A DNA stretch of 60,828 nt from Thermoplasmata archaeon (GTDB lineage: Archaea; Thermoplasmatota; Thermoplasmata; RBG-16-68-12), in the NCBI GenBank assembly GCA_041483635.1, contig JBGPGA010000001.1, positions 1-60,828 on the forward strand, in the 5' to 3' direction. Shown here piece by piece: positions 49,529 through 57,827 of the stretch (its first letter is position 1; the number at the start of each line of letters is the position of its first letter). The position numbers were made by a program, and so were the translations under genes. The notes beneath the pieces are model-generated. The model made no database searches and was not told the origin of the DNA. It saw only the letters and a program-made list of their open reading frames with translations.

Positions 49529-51867
49529 TCAGGCTTCCTCCGGGATCTCACCGGGCTCCTCCTCGTCCTCCTCGATGCGCCACGTGTGCGTGTAGCCCAC
49601 GCCACCCCGCGCGCGGCTGTGCCCCTGCCCGCGTGCAGGATCCTTGATCTCGATGTCCTGCGGTCTCCCTGGCGACGCGACGTCGGAGAGGTCCTTGCAG
49701 CCCGCGAAGAGCTTCTCTTCCGTGATGCCGAAGGGCGCGAGGAGGGTCTGTCCCGAGCGGCACAGGAGGCGGATGTACTCCCACGCGTCCGGCCTCTCAT
49801 CTCCCTCGAGGAACTCCGCCACGCGCACCTTCCGTTCCGACTCGCGCGCGCGGACGTCGAGGAGGACGTAGCGCACGGTCTCCCCGGGCTCGACCGTGAA
49901 GCCGCGTTTCTCCATCTGCTTGAGGGCCGCCGCGGTCGCCGTGAGGACGATGTATTCCGGCAGGGTGCGGGAGACGTTCTTCGTGAGGATGAACTGGTGC
50001 ACGGGAATCGCACGGTCGAGGACGCGCTTCGCGGTCCAGCGCAACACGTTCACGGCGCGGGGGATGCGCTCGTGGAATTCCGCCGCGGTGGAGGCGAGAC
50101 TCAGTTCTCCGAGCATGGCCTCCTGGCAGATGTTGATGAACTCGGGGGTGTCGTGCTTCCGCAGCTCGATCCCGCGGAGCTTGAACTCGTCGTGGTCGTA
50201 AAGACCGTAGTAGCGGTTCAGCGCGCCCACGCCGGTCGTCTTGCACGGGAGGAAGACGATCCACTTGTAGCGGCCCTCGAGCTCGATGGGCAGCCCTGTA
50301 GACCCTCCGATATGCTCTTGGACCACTCGGATGTCATCCGCGTCAGGCTTAGGGCGAAGCCACAGCGAGTCGACGATGCCGTGGACCACCTCGTGGCGGT
50401 GCGATTCCGCGATTTCCATGGAGTGGACGAGGATGTCGCGCGCGTACGCGTTGATGGCTTCATGACATTCGATGCGTCCAAATCTTGCGTTTTTGTAACC
50501 TGTGTAACCGAAAACACGTCACTAGAAGCCACTTCAGGATTGTGTCCCTTCCCGCATACACCTCCTGTAACGGGCTTGGCTCCTTCTTCATCTTCTTGTA
50601 GTATCGCCGCCGCTCGACCACGGGTTTGAGGACCCTCGGAATCAGCCCAAGGCGGCGCGTGCACAGGTGATACTCCAGCTCCGGCACAGGTCGGCCGTCG
50701 AGTTCGCAGCAAGGGCAATCGAGGGTTTCCGGGGAGATGTTGTACTTCACCATGATGTTCGGATAAAGCGCGAAGAAGTCGAGCTCGTAGAGTCCTTCGT
50801 GCAATCCGACCTCGGGCTCGAAGATGAATCCGCCGCGGTCCCCCCGCAACAGATACTCCGCGCTCTTGAACTCCTCCGGCCGGTTCTTCTTCCAGACCGC
50901 GAGGCAGCCGTCCTTGTGCGCCTGGTTCACCTGCATCGCGGTGATTGCCGTGCCGGGCGTGAGCCGCGCCTGCTCCTGCGGCGTCAGGGTCGACAGGCGG
51001 GACAGCTCCGCGAGTCCCGCGAAGTCACTCTCCCGGAACGCGAAGTGCCCGCGGTCCAGGTGCAGCCGACCGCGCAGGATGTACTGCCCCGGCTTGTAGA
51101 CGATCTTCCCGTACGTGAAGTAGGACTTCGCTTTCTTCTCCGCGAACTTGTCCGCGTCGCGGCCGAGCTGCAGGTTCACGCCGAGCTCCGCGGCCTTGCG
51201 TGCAAGGTACGGCATGACGAAGGCGTCCCCGCCATCCGTCATCAGGATGTCCGGGTCCTTCGAGCGGACCGTCTCGTCGATGGCCCGGAGGATCGCCTCC
51301 TCGCTCCCGTCGATCTCGACATCGTCCACGCGGGCGCCAAGGAGCTTGTCCTGCATCCGCGGCATGCCCGCCGGATTGTCGACATGGAGATCAAGGAGGG
51401 AACGCCTCAGAGGTGGGAGCGGGTAGTCGAGGGCGAAGTGCTCCTCCTCGGCCCGCCATGCGCCGTTCGCGTAGTGCATGAGGCCCATGGGGAAGACGTC
51501 ATGCTCGATCGCGTAGCGCTGGCTGAACCGCAGGTCGACGTCGAAGAGACGGTGGTCGACGTAGCCGCCGTTCGAGTCCAGGATGTGGGAGAGCCCCCGC
51601 AGGTCGCGGTAGTGCCGCGGCACGATCTCGAGGACGGGGCGGGGCTCGTCGTCCTCGAGGGCGATGCGGCGCGCGACCTCGCGGACCTCGCGCACGCCGT
51701 CGAGGATCTCGATGCGGCGGCGGAGGGAAGGCAGGTCGCTCGGCGATGCGTGCAGGAAGAACGAGGGCACGAGGCGCGGGTCCTCGATGCGGTGCGCGCC
51801 CTGCTCGTTCCAGAGCCAGAGGATCACCGCGTCCTTGTCGTAGTCTGCGTACGCGTCGATGATCCAT
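49529..51867 (-). pseudogene. polB: family-B DNA polymerase with degenerate exonuclease motifs, interrupted by at least one frameshift (two supplied ORFs: 50460..51827 and 49529..50419)
   Basis: N-terminal GWIIDAYADYDKDAVILWLW; motif A LDFFALYPNIM. Motif B is split by a frameshift in an A4 run (50511-50514, plus strand): LKWLLVTCF|GYTGYKNARFGRIECHEAINAYAR. Motif C reads VVHGIVDSLWL. Exo I (LLDLHVD) and Exo II (TDGGDAFVMPYL) lack the catalytic acidic residues. Confidence 0.75.
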
Positions 51868-51896
51868 CCGTGCGTGAGGCTCCCCCGGGCCCTCCT

Positions 51897-52412
51897 TCAG
51901 GGTCGAGGGGGCTCTTGGCCGGATGCCGGGGAGGGGTCCGTGAAAGTGCGCACGAGGAGGGTCTCATGGGGCGCGATCATCATGTTCATCTGGACGACGA
52001 TGCTGCGCCAGCGGTACCAGCGCCACATCGCTCCCCGCGGGACCTCCTGGAATCCGAGAGCTTTGAACAGCCGCGTGGACGTCTCGTTGTCCTCGGGGAC
52101 CGCGGCGAAGACATGGGGGGTTCCGCGGGACTCGAATCTCCGCAGGGACTCCTCGACGAGCAGCTGTCCCGCGTGGTGCCGCCGGTGCTTCGGGTCCACC
52201 GCGACGAAGTACACGTAGCCGATCGGCGGCCGTCCGTCAAAGAGACGTCCCTCGAGGAACCCAATCACCGCACCGTCCTCCTCGGCGATGAGCTGGGGCC
52301 ACCCTTGGCGGCTCCCGCGGATCGAGAAGAACGCGTATACGCGGTCGAAGGAGGCTCGCGAGATCCGCTCGATCGCCGGACGGTCCTCAGGCCGTGCCTC
52401 GCGGAGGTTCAC
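51897..52412 (-). CDS. GNAT-family N-acetyltransferase
   Basis: YFVAVDPKHRRHHAGQLLVEESL (motif A) and TSTRLFKALGFQE. GTG start, overlapping the upstream small gene by 26 nt. Confidence 0.75.
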   Translation of the reverse strand: MNLREARPEDRPAIERISRASFDRVYAFFSIRGSRQGWPQLIAEEDGAVIGFLEGRLFDGRPPIGYVYFVAVDPKHRRHHAGQLLVEESLRRFESRGTPHVFAAVPEDNETSTRLFKALGFQEVPRGAMWRWYRWRSIVVQMNMMIAPHETLLVRTFTDPSPASGQEPPRP

Positions 52413-52683
52413 GGGGCGCGGAGTCCTCGGGGACGGAAGAACGTTCGCGTCGGGTCCTCAGAATCTCCAGCTCCTTCTCCATCTCGAGGAGGATCGACAG
52501 GAACGCGAGGTCCGTGGGGTCGAGGTGGGCGGAATAGCTCGCGGCGCTCGCGTGCTGCCGCGCCTTGTTCAGGAGGTGGTCGAAGGTCTCGCGATCCTTC
52601 TCCCGCAGCGCGCGGCGGTAGTCCATCCAGTCGTTCAGGATCGATTCGAGGTGGAGGCGGTACGTCGGGATCGTGCGGCCCAT
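52387..52683 (-). CDS. small conserved archaeal protein (98 aa), function unknown
   Basis: WMDYRRALREKDRETFDHLLNKARQHASAASYSAHLDPTDLAFLSILLEMEKELE is a pattern (YRRAL..dR..FD.L...A..Ha.a) I recall from many euryarchaeal genomes. The first ATG is at 52683. Confidence 0.6.
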   Translation of the reverse strand: MGRTIPTYRLHLESILNDWMDYRRALREKDRETFDHLLNKARQHASAASYSAHLDPTDLAFLSILLEMEKELEILRTRRERSSVPEDSAPREPPRGTA

Positions 52684-52755
52684 GCACTCGCCATGATCCG
52701 AGCACCGTATCTTCGGATGCCCTGGAGAGGTCCGCGAAAGTGTCTTTGAAGAAGT

Positions 52756-52773
52756 CAACCTTAAACAAGGTTG
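52756..52773. promoter_or_regulatory. 18-bp palindrome CAACCTTAAACAAGGTTG (copy 4 of 4)
   Basis: Identical to copy 1 over 19 nt. Its centre is about 81 nt upstream of ATG 52683, and it sits just downstream of the stop of the TIM-barrel gene. Confidence 0.7.
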
Positions 52774-52791
52774 ATTTTCCAATCGCGCGGT

Positions 52792-53526
52792 CTATGGCCG
52801 CGCCCACCGCCGCATCTTGCGCAGGCACGCCTTGCGGTCGTCGGGGATGCCCTTGAAGATCTCCAAGGTCGCGCGGCCATCGTAGCGCGCCTTCAGGGCC
52901 CGCACGTCCCGTTCGAGATCGATCGTCCCCTTCCCGAACGGCAGGTGCTCGTCCCCCTCCTTCCCGTGGCCGCCGTGGTTGTCATGCAGATGCACGAGTC
53001 CGAGGCGGTCTCCAAGGGCTTCGAGATAGGTGCGCCCGCCATCCACGCGCTTGTCGAGATGAGCGTGGCCGATATCGAGGCAGTAGAGGAGGTCCGGCAC
53101 CGCGTCAAGCACCCTCCGCAATTCGCCGGGCGTCTCGTCGAGATTCTCCACCGTGACCTCGACGCCTCGTCCCGCCGCGGCCTTCACGAGATCCGCGAGC
53201 CACGAGATCTTCGCCTCGGTCGAGACGGTCGGCGCCGAGCGGGCCTGGAGGAAGTGGACGTTGAACACGCGCGTGCCGACCGGAACCAGGGCGTCGATGA
53301 AGCCCGCGAACCGCGCGAGGTCCCGGTCGTGAAAGTGGGACGGAGGGAAGTGCGCGGTCTCGAGGGGGATCTTCTTCGCGAAGCCTTCGGCCTCCTCACG
53401 GAGCTTCGCGGGCTCCCAGCTCACCCAGGTCAGGTCGAGCTCGACGTAATCGTATCCGGCCTCCCGCGCCTCCTCGATCTGCTTGGGGAAGGGCTCGCGG
53501 CTGTACGTCGACGCGCCGATGCGCAC
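52792..53526 (-). CDS. sugar phosphate isomerase/epimerase (xylose isomerase-like TIM barrel) family protein
   Basis: GYDYVELDL, VTVENLDE, LDIGHAHL and VHLHDNHG, the metal-binding His/Glu/Asp pattern of the AP endonuclease 2 / xylose isomerase-like fold. Confidence 0.75.
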   Translation of the reverse strand: MRIGASTYSREPFPKQIEEAREAGYDYVELDLTWVSWEPAKLREEAEGFAKKIPLETAHFPPSHFHDRDLARFAGFIDALVPVGTRVFNVHFLQARSAPTVSTEAKISWLADLVKAAAGRGVEVTVENLDETPGELRRVLDAVPDLLYCLDIGHAHLDKRVDGGRTYLEALGDRLGLVHLHDNHGGHGKEGDEHLPFGKGTIDLERDVRALKARYDGRATLEIFKGIPDDRKACLRKMRRWARP

Positions 53527-53599
53527 GAGGCGGCCGATGGCCGCGGGCGGTATAAGGGTTCGCGGCGAGGTTCATGCGGGTCCGCCGCCATCGCGCCGC

Positions 53600-54211
53600 G
53601 TGGTCCTCGAGCTGCTCGCAAGCACGGGCATCGGCATCCTCATCGCCCTCTCCCTCACCGCCCCTCCGGGCCCGGTGAACGCGCTCATCGCGAGCCACGC
53701 GGTTCTCCGCTCCTGGCGGGCGGGATTCCTCGTCGGCATGGGCGCGATGACCGTCGACCTCGGCTACCTCGCCCTGTCCGTGCTCGCCCATTCCCTCCTC
53801 CTCGGGGCCCGCTCCCTCCTCCCTCTCATCGCCTTCTTCGGGGCCGCCGTCATGGCGTACTTCGCCTGGGGCGCAGCGAGGGCGTGGACGAAGGAGCCGG
53901 TCGTCATCGCACCCACGGCGGGGACGCAGGCCACCTCCTACGTCACGGGAGTCGTCACGAACCTCACGAGTCCTTTTCCGATCCTCTGGTGGCTCACCGC
54001 CGGGATCGCGTTCATCGACGAGCTGGGCCCCGCCGTCCTCGTCGGCTTCTTCGCGGGGGTCGTCCTCTGGGGCGCGGTCTTCCCCCTCCTCCTGCGGGTC
54101 GCACAGCGTCGGTTTGCATGGACCTACCACGCGGTCCTCGTCTTTTCCATCGTGACCCTCCTCGCCTTTTCGGCGTATCTCGTGTATGCGGCCGTGACGG
54201 GCTTCCCCTGA
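53600..54211 (+). CDS. LysE/RhtB-type amino-acid exporter family membrane protein
   Basis: ALSLTAPPGPVNALIASHAV..., about 6 TM helices, and TNLTSPFPILWWLTAG. The start is uncertain: GTG 53600, about 45 nt after a GGTATAAGGG box. Confidence 0.65.
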   Translation: MVLELLASTGIGILIALSLTAPPGPVNALIASHAVLRSWRAGFLVGMGAMTVDLGYLALSVLAHSLLLGARSLLPLIAFFGAAVMAYFAWGAARAWTKEPVVIAPTAGTQATSYVTGVVTNLTSPFPILWWLTAGIAFIDELGPAVLVGFFAGVVLWGAVFPLLLRVAQRRFAWTYHAVLVFSIVTLLAFSAYLVYAAVTGFP

Positions 54212-54218
54212 CCCGTCC

Positions 54219-55016
54219 TCACCAGGAGAACCGCAGGTGCTCCGACGTGGCGCGGATGGGCCTCGGCTCGCCGACCGCCGCGAGGTCCACGATCCTCGGC
54301 CGCGCGTCCTCGAAGTCGTCCAGGGTGCGCTGATCGGGAGGCACGGGACGATACCATTCCGCCCCGCCCGCATCGGAGCGGGTGATGAGGACGCCGTTGC
54401 GCCCGTGGGCGATGCGGACCACGCGGTCCACGGACTCGTAGAGCTGCCGTCGGATCGAGCGGCGGCGGTAGAGCTTCGACAGTCCCGCGTTCGTCACGAG
54501 GCCGACGACGCCCCGGTCCGCGATTGTCCGGCGGGCCGCCGCGATCGAACGCTGGAAGAGCGCGTGGGCCTCTCCCACCTGCACGTCCTCGTCCAGGTAC
54601 ATCTCGGGGAGGCAGGCGAGGACGGCGAGCCCGGCGCCCGTCTCCTCGATCTTTTTATCCAGCATGTCCAATAGTAATGTGGTCATCTGGTGGCAGGTGA
54701 ACGCCCGCGCGACGTAGACCCGCGGGAGGATCTCCTCCCGCGTCAGGCCGGCGCGCTTGCCCAGGGCGACCATGCCGTGCGGGTCCACGGAGTTCCCGCC
54801 GTCCACGAAGACGACGCCCTCGCCCTCCATGACCGCGCGCACGCACAGCAGGGTCGTCAGGTGGAAGACGAAGTCGCTCCCGCTGTCGATCAGGGTGACC
54901 TTGCTCGCTTCGAACGTGCCGAGGAGGCGGTCCAGGGTCGGCACGGAGGTCGTGAGGACCTTGCGCGTCTCGAGGCGGGTCTCGGGAGCGGCGAGCGTCT
55001 CCGTGATGAGGACCAT
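54219..55016 (-). CDS. RecA/RadA-superfamily paralog lacking a Walker A lysine (predicted catalytically inactive)
   Basis: VPTLDRLLGTFEASKVTLIDSGSDFVFHLTTLL occupies the position where RadA/RadB have LLGGG...G..GsGKT. Then VVFVDGGNSVDP..LGKRAGL..EEILPRVYVARAF. A CCTTTATAGCG box and a GGGGAGGA Shine-Dalgarno element lie upstream. Confidence 0.65.
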   Translation of the reverse strand: MVLITETLAAPETRLETRKVLTTSVPTLDRLLGTFEASKVTLIDSGSDFVFHLTTLLCVRAVMEGEGVVFVDGGNSVDPHGMVALGKRAGLTREEILPRVYVARAFTCHQMTTLLLDMLDKKIEETGAGLAVLACLPEMYLDEDVQVGEAHALFQRSIAAARRTIADRGVVGLVTNAGLSKLYRRRSIRRQLYESVDRVVRIAHGRNGVLITRSDAGGAEWYRPVPPDQRTLDDFEDARPRIVDLAAVGEPRPIRATSEHLRFSW

Positions 55017-55093
55017 GGATTCCTCCCCGTTCCGCTGTCGATGGGTGCCTCGCTATAAAGGAGGGAGTCGAAGGGAGGTGTCCGAAAGTACCC

Positions 55094-55540
55094 TCACGAT
55101 CGGGGACTGCGCAGGTCCTCGGACATCTGCCTCAGATGGTCGTCCGTATCCCGTTCCGCGTAACGTCTCGCCCACCCGGAGAACAGGGGGAGCAGGATTC
55201 GACCGACATGGCGAGGGCGGACGTTGACGGTCAGGAGGATCCTCGTGCCCCCGGAGGCTTCCTCGAACCGGTATCCGTACTGCGCATCCGCTCCGGGATA
55301 CCGGGCCGTCACGACATAGCCGTTCGGCGGGTCGAGGACGACGTGCTCCTCGACCGTGACGGGAGCGGGCCGCCGGGCGCGGTCTCGCAGCCAGATCTCG
55401 TTGCCTTCCCGCCGGAGGATTTCCCGCGCGCTCGTCGCGGGGGAGGAGTGGCCTAGGTGGTCGTCCTCCCGGAAGTCCGTCCACCATGCGTACACGGCGT
55501 CCCGGGGGAACGGGACGACGCGCTCGACGCGGGCGATCAT
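55094..55540 (-). CDS. SRPBCC (START/polyketide cyclase-like) family protein
   Basis: MIARVERVVPFPRDAVYAWWTDF... is a typical SRPBCC N-terminus, and the protein is 148 aa. Its start abuts the stop of the upstream membrane gene. Confidence 0.6.
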   Translation of the reverse strand: MIARVERVVPFPRDAVYAWWTDFREDDHLGHSSPATSAREILRREGNEIWLRDRARRPAPVTVEEHVVLDPPNGYVVTARYPGADAQYGYRFEEASGGTRILLTVNVRPRHVGRILLPLFSGWARRYAERDTDDHLRQMSEDLRSPRS

Positions 55541-56194
55541 TTACGGAGGCGGGGGTGGCGGCGGGGGCTGAGCATAGGCCTGCGTCGCCTGCGCCTGGGC
55601 CATCGCCTTCTGCTGCTGCCGGATCTCGCGCTTGCGATTGATGGTCCGCGTCTGGACGATCGCGCCTACGACGAACAGCCCGATCCCCGCCACCGCCGCG
55701 AGGAGGGTCGCGACGTTCAGGACGTACAGCCCGGCCGCGAGCAGGAGGCCTCCGATGGCCGCGGTGATGATTCCGATCAGGTCGTCGATGAAGTAGTAGC
55801 TGATCCCGAAGACGACGACGACCACGAGGAGCGCGACGATCAGGGCGGGGTCCAGGCTGCCCGCGTTGAAGTAGGCCTGCCCCTTCATCAGCGTGTAGAC
55901 GAGCGCGCCCGCCAGGACGCCGACGAGGAAGGCGAGGGCGACCTTCACGAGCTTCGAGAACAGGATGCTCCCGATCACGGCGCCGACGATTGCGAGGACG
56001 ATGCCGCCCAGGTTGCCGCCGATGGGGACGCCGAACAGGTAGCCCACGGCGCTCCCGAGGAGGGCGCCGATCATGGACATGACGGCGGCCCAGATCCCGT
56101 GGCCCCAGAACGCGAGGAGGAGCCCGGTCACGACGAGGACGCCTCCGATGAGGAGGGTGACCTCCGGGAGGACGTTCGGAAGGGGAGTGGCCAT
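55541..56194 (-). CDS. polytopic membrane protein with a Gln/Ala-rich segment and a poly-Pro C-terminus
   Basis: About 6 Gly-rich TM helices. The C-terminus reads RQQQKAMAQAQATQAYAQPPPPPPPP. An ACTTTTATACCC box lies about 28 nt before the ATG. Confidence 0.6.
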   Translation of the reverse strand: MATPLPNVLPEVTLLIGGVLVVTGLLLAFWGHGIWAAVMSMIGALLGSAVGYLFGVPIGGNLGGIVLAIVGAVIGSILFSKLVKVALAFLVGVLAGALVYTLMKGQAYFNAGSLDPALIVALLVVVVVFGISYYFIDDLIGIITAAIGGLLLAAGLYVLNVATLLAAVAGIGLFVVGAIVQTRTINRKREIRQQQKAMAQAQATQAYAQPPPPPPPP

Positions 56195-56273
56195 GAATCC
56201 AACTCATTCGGCGGCGGGTATAAAAGTGTAGCGCGGCGAATCCCACGATCCCCGCACCGGATCGAAGGCCGTC

Positions 56274-57827
56274 CTATCCGCGGCCGAGCACGTCGTCCGC
56301 GCGATCCCCGATCTCGGTCATCGTGCCCTCGTCGACGACCTCCGGCGGCAGGAGGTACTTGCGCACCTTCAGGTCCTCGTACTCGAGCACGTCGATCACG
56401 GTCGGGATGCGGATCGCGTCCCCGAGGACCGCGACCGTCCGGAGGGGCAGCTTCGCGACGATGTTCACCCACATCCCCTTGTCGGGCACGCCCGCGAGGG
56501 CCGACTCGACGTCGGACGGTTCCTTGAGGGACATGACGAGGCGGTTCGCGAGCTGGCTCCGCACCTCGTCGTCGATCCGCGAGGGCCGCTGGTCGATCAG
56601 GGCGAGGATGAGGTTGAACTTCCGCGTCTCGCGGGCGAGGCGGCTGAAGATCGAGTACTCGACGAGCCTCGGGTCGAGGAACTTGTGGGCCTCCTCGAGG
56701 AAGAGGACGAGCCTCGGATATTCCGCGCTCGCCTCCGTGTAGAGCTCGAAGAGGCGGCGCGCGAGGACATTCGCCACGAACAGGTAGACCATCTGGTCCG
56801 TGCCGAAGTCCCCGAAGTCGAGGACGACCGACTTGCCGTCCTTGATGTGGCCGAGCATCTGGCTGAACGCGTCCTTCCCGCCCTTCTTGATGAACGGGAG
56901 CCGCTGGAATCGCCCCATCCGCCGCTGCAGCGCCTGGAGGACCATCAGGTGGAGCTGTCCGCCCTCGACCTCCCTCTCGGTCGGCTGCTTCTCGCGGATC
57001 GCGCTGACCAGGTCGACGTCGCGCGGCTTCATGCGGTAGATCTGGTAGATGTGGTCGATCATGGGCGGCGTGAGGTCCTGGAACGCGATGATCAGGTCCT
57101 CCGGCGTGATCTGGTCCGGATCCAGGATGAACGGTTTGGCTTCCGTGTTCTTCGGATCGAGGGAGAAGGTCTCGACCTTGTGCGGGAAGAAGTACTTGAG
57201 CCCCTCCGTGCCGTCCGTCTTGCTGTACACGCCGTACTCGCCGTGCATGTCGAAGATCAGGACGCTGCCCGCATCCTTGGCCAGGATCGCCGTGCAGATG
57301 AGCTTGTTCAGGATCGACTTGCCCGTGCCCGTGCGCCCGAAGATGGCAAAAGGCTTCTCGACGAGCTTCTCCATGTCCACGTGCACGTAGAACGGTTCGA
57401 TGCCCGTGATCGTGCCGATGGGCGCGGACTTCTCCGTCGGCTCGTAGATGCGTTCGACATCCGCCTTCGTCGCGTGGCGGCACTCCGAGAAATACGGCGG
57501 GATCGTCTGGGGTTCGCTCAGCGCCCCGGACTCCTTCTCGATGAGCTGGATCATCCGCAGCTTCGCCTTCGAGTAGAAGATCGGGCCGCCATAGCCCTCG
57601 TGGGTCTCGGGCCGAGGCACGATGACGTCGCTGATCGACGAGCCCGCGAGCTGGTCCGCGATGTCGCTCGGCTCGTTCAGGACGTCCTCGACGAGGCAGT
57701 AGAAGTCGTACCGCGCGCCCTGGACGATGACCGGATACGCGATCCGGAGTTCCTCCGGGTTGCCGAGCTGGAGCTTCGCCACGAGGCCGTCGATCACGCT
57801 CGCGGCGACAATCTCCCCGATCTTCAT
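56274..57827 (-). CDS. herA: HerA-type hexameric DNA translocase/helicase ATPase
   Basis: N-terminal barrel (MKIGEIVAASVIDGLVAKLQLG...), Walker A FGRTGTGKS, Walker B VLFLEEAH and ALIDQRPS. ATG 57827 overlaps the nurA stop (ATGA). Confidence 0.82.
   Translation of the reverse strand: MKIGEIVAASVIDGLVAKLQLGNPEELRIAYPVIVQGARYDFYCLVEDVLNEPSDIADQLAGSSISDVIVPRPETHEGYGGPIFYSKAKLRMIQLIEKESGALSEPQTIPPYFSECRHATKADVERIYEPTEKSAPIGTITGIEPFYVHVDMEKLVEKPFAIFGRTGTGKSILNKLICTAILAKDAGSVLIFDMHGEYGVYSKTDGTEGLKYFFPHKVETFSLDPKNTEAKPFILDPDQITPEDLIIAFQDLTPPMIDHIYQIYRMKPRDVDLVSAIREKQPTEREVEGGQLHLMVLQALQRRMGRFQRLPFIKKGGKDAFSQMLGHIKDGKSVVLDFGDFGTDQMVYLFVANVLARRLFELYTEASAEYPRLVLFLEEAHKFLDPRLVEYSIFSRLARETRKFNLILALIDQRPSRIDDEVRSQLANRLVMSLKEPSDVESALAGVPDKGMWVNIVAKLPLRTVAVLGDAIRIPTVIDVLEYEDLKVRKYLLPPEVVDEGTMTEIGDRADDVLGRG

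Noticed and set aside
47833-50013. 726-aa minus-strand ORF spanning xseA, xseB and the polB 3' end
   Set aside because: It is a poly-Arg/Ser shadow translation. xseA and xseB on the plus strand, and polB in a different minus frame, have clear motifs.
50419-50460. The polB split as an intein insertion or a natural two-gene split polymerase
   Set aside because: The two parts join seamlessly within motif B by a 1-nt frame change, with no intervening intein-sized sequence. Each part lacks its own promoter or Shine-Dalgarno context.
50505-50516. Programmed +1 ribosomal frameshifting at TGT TTT C GGT in polB
   Set aside because: There is no recognisable stimulatory element or rare codon, since CGG is a common codon here. 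The shift sits in a homopolymer, and a second anomaly exists at the start codon. Error or decay is more parsimonious. It is mentioned only as a remote alternative.
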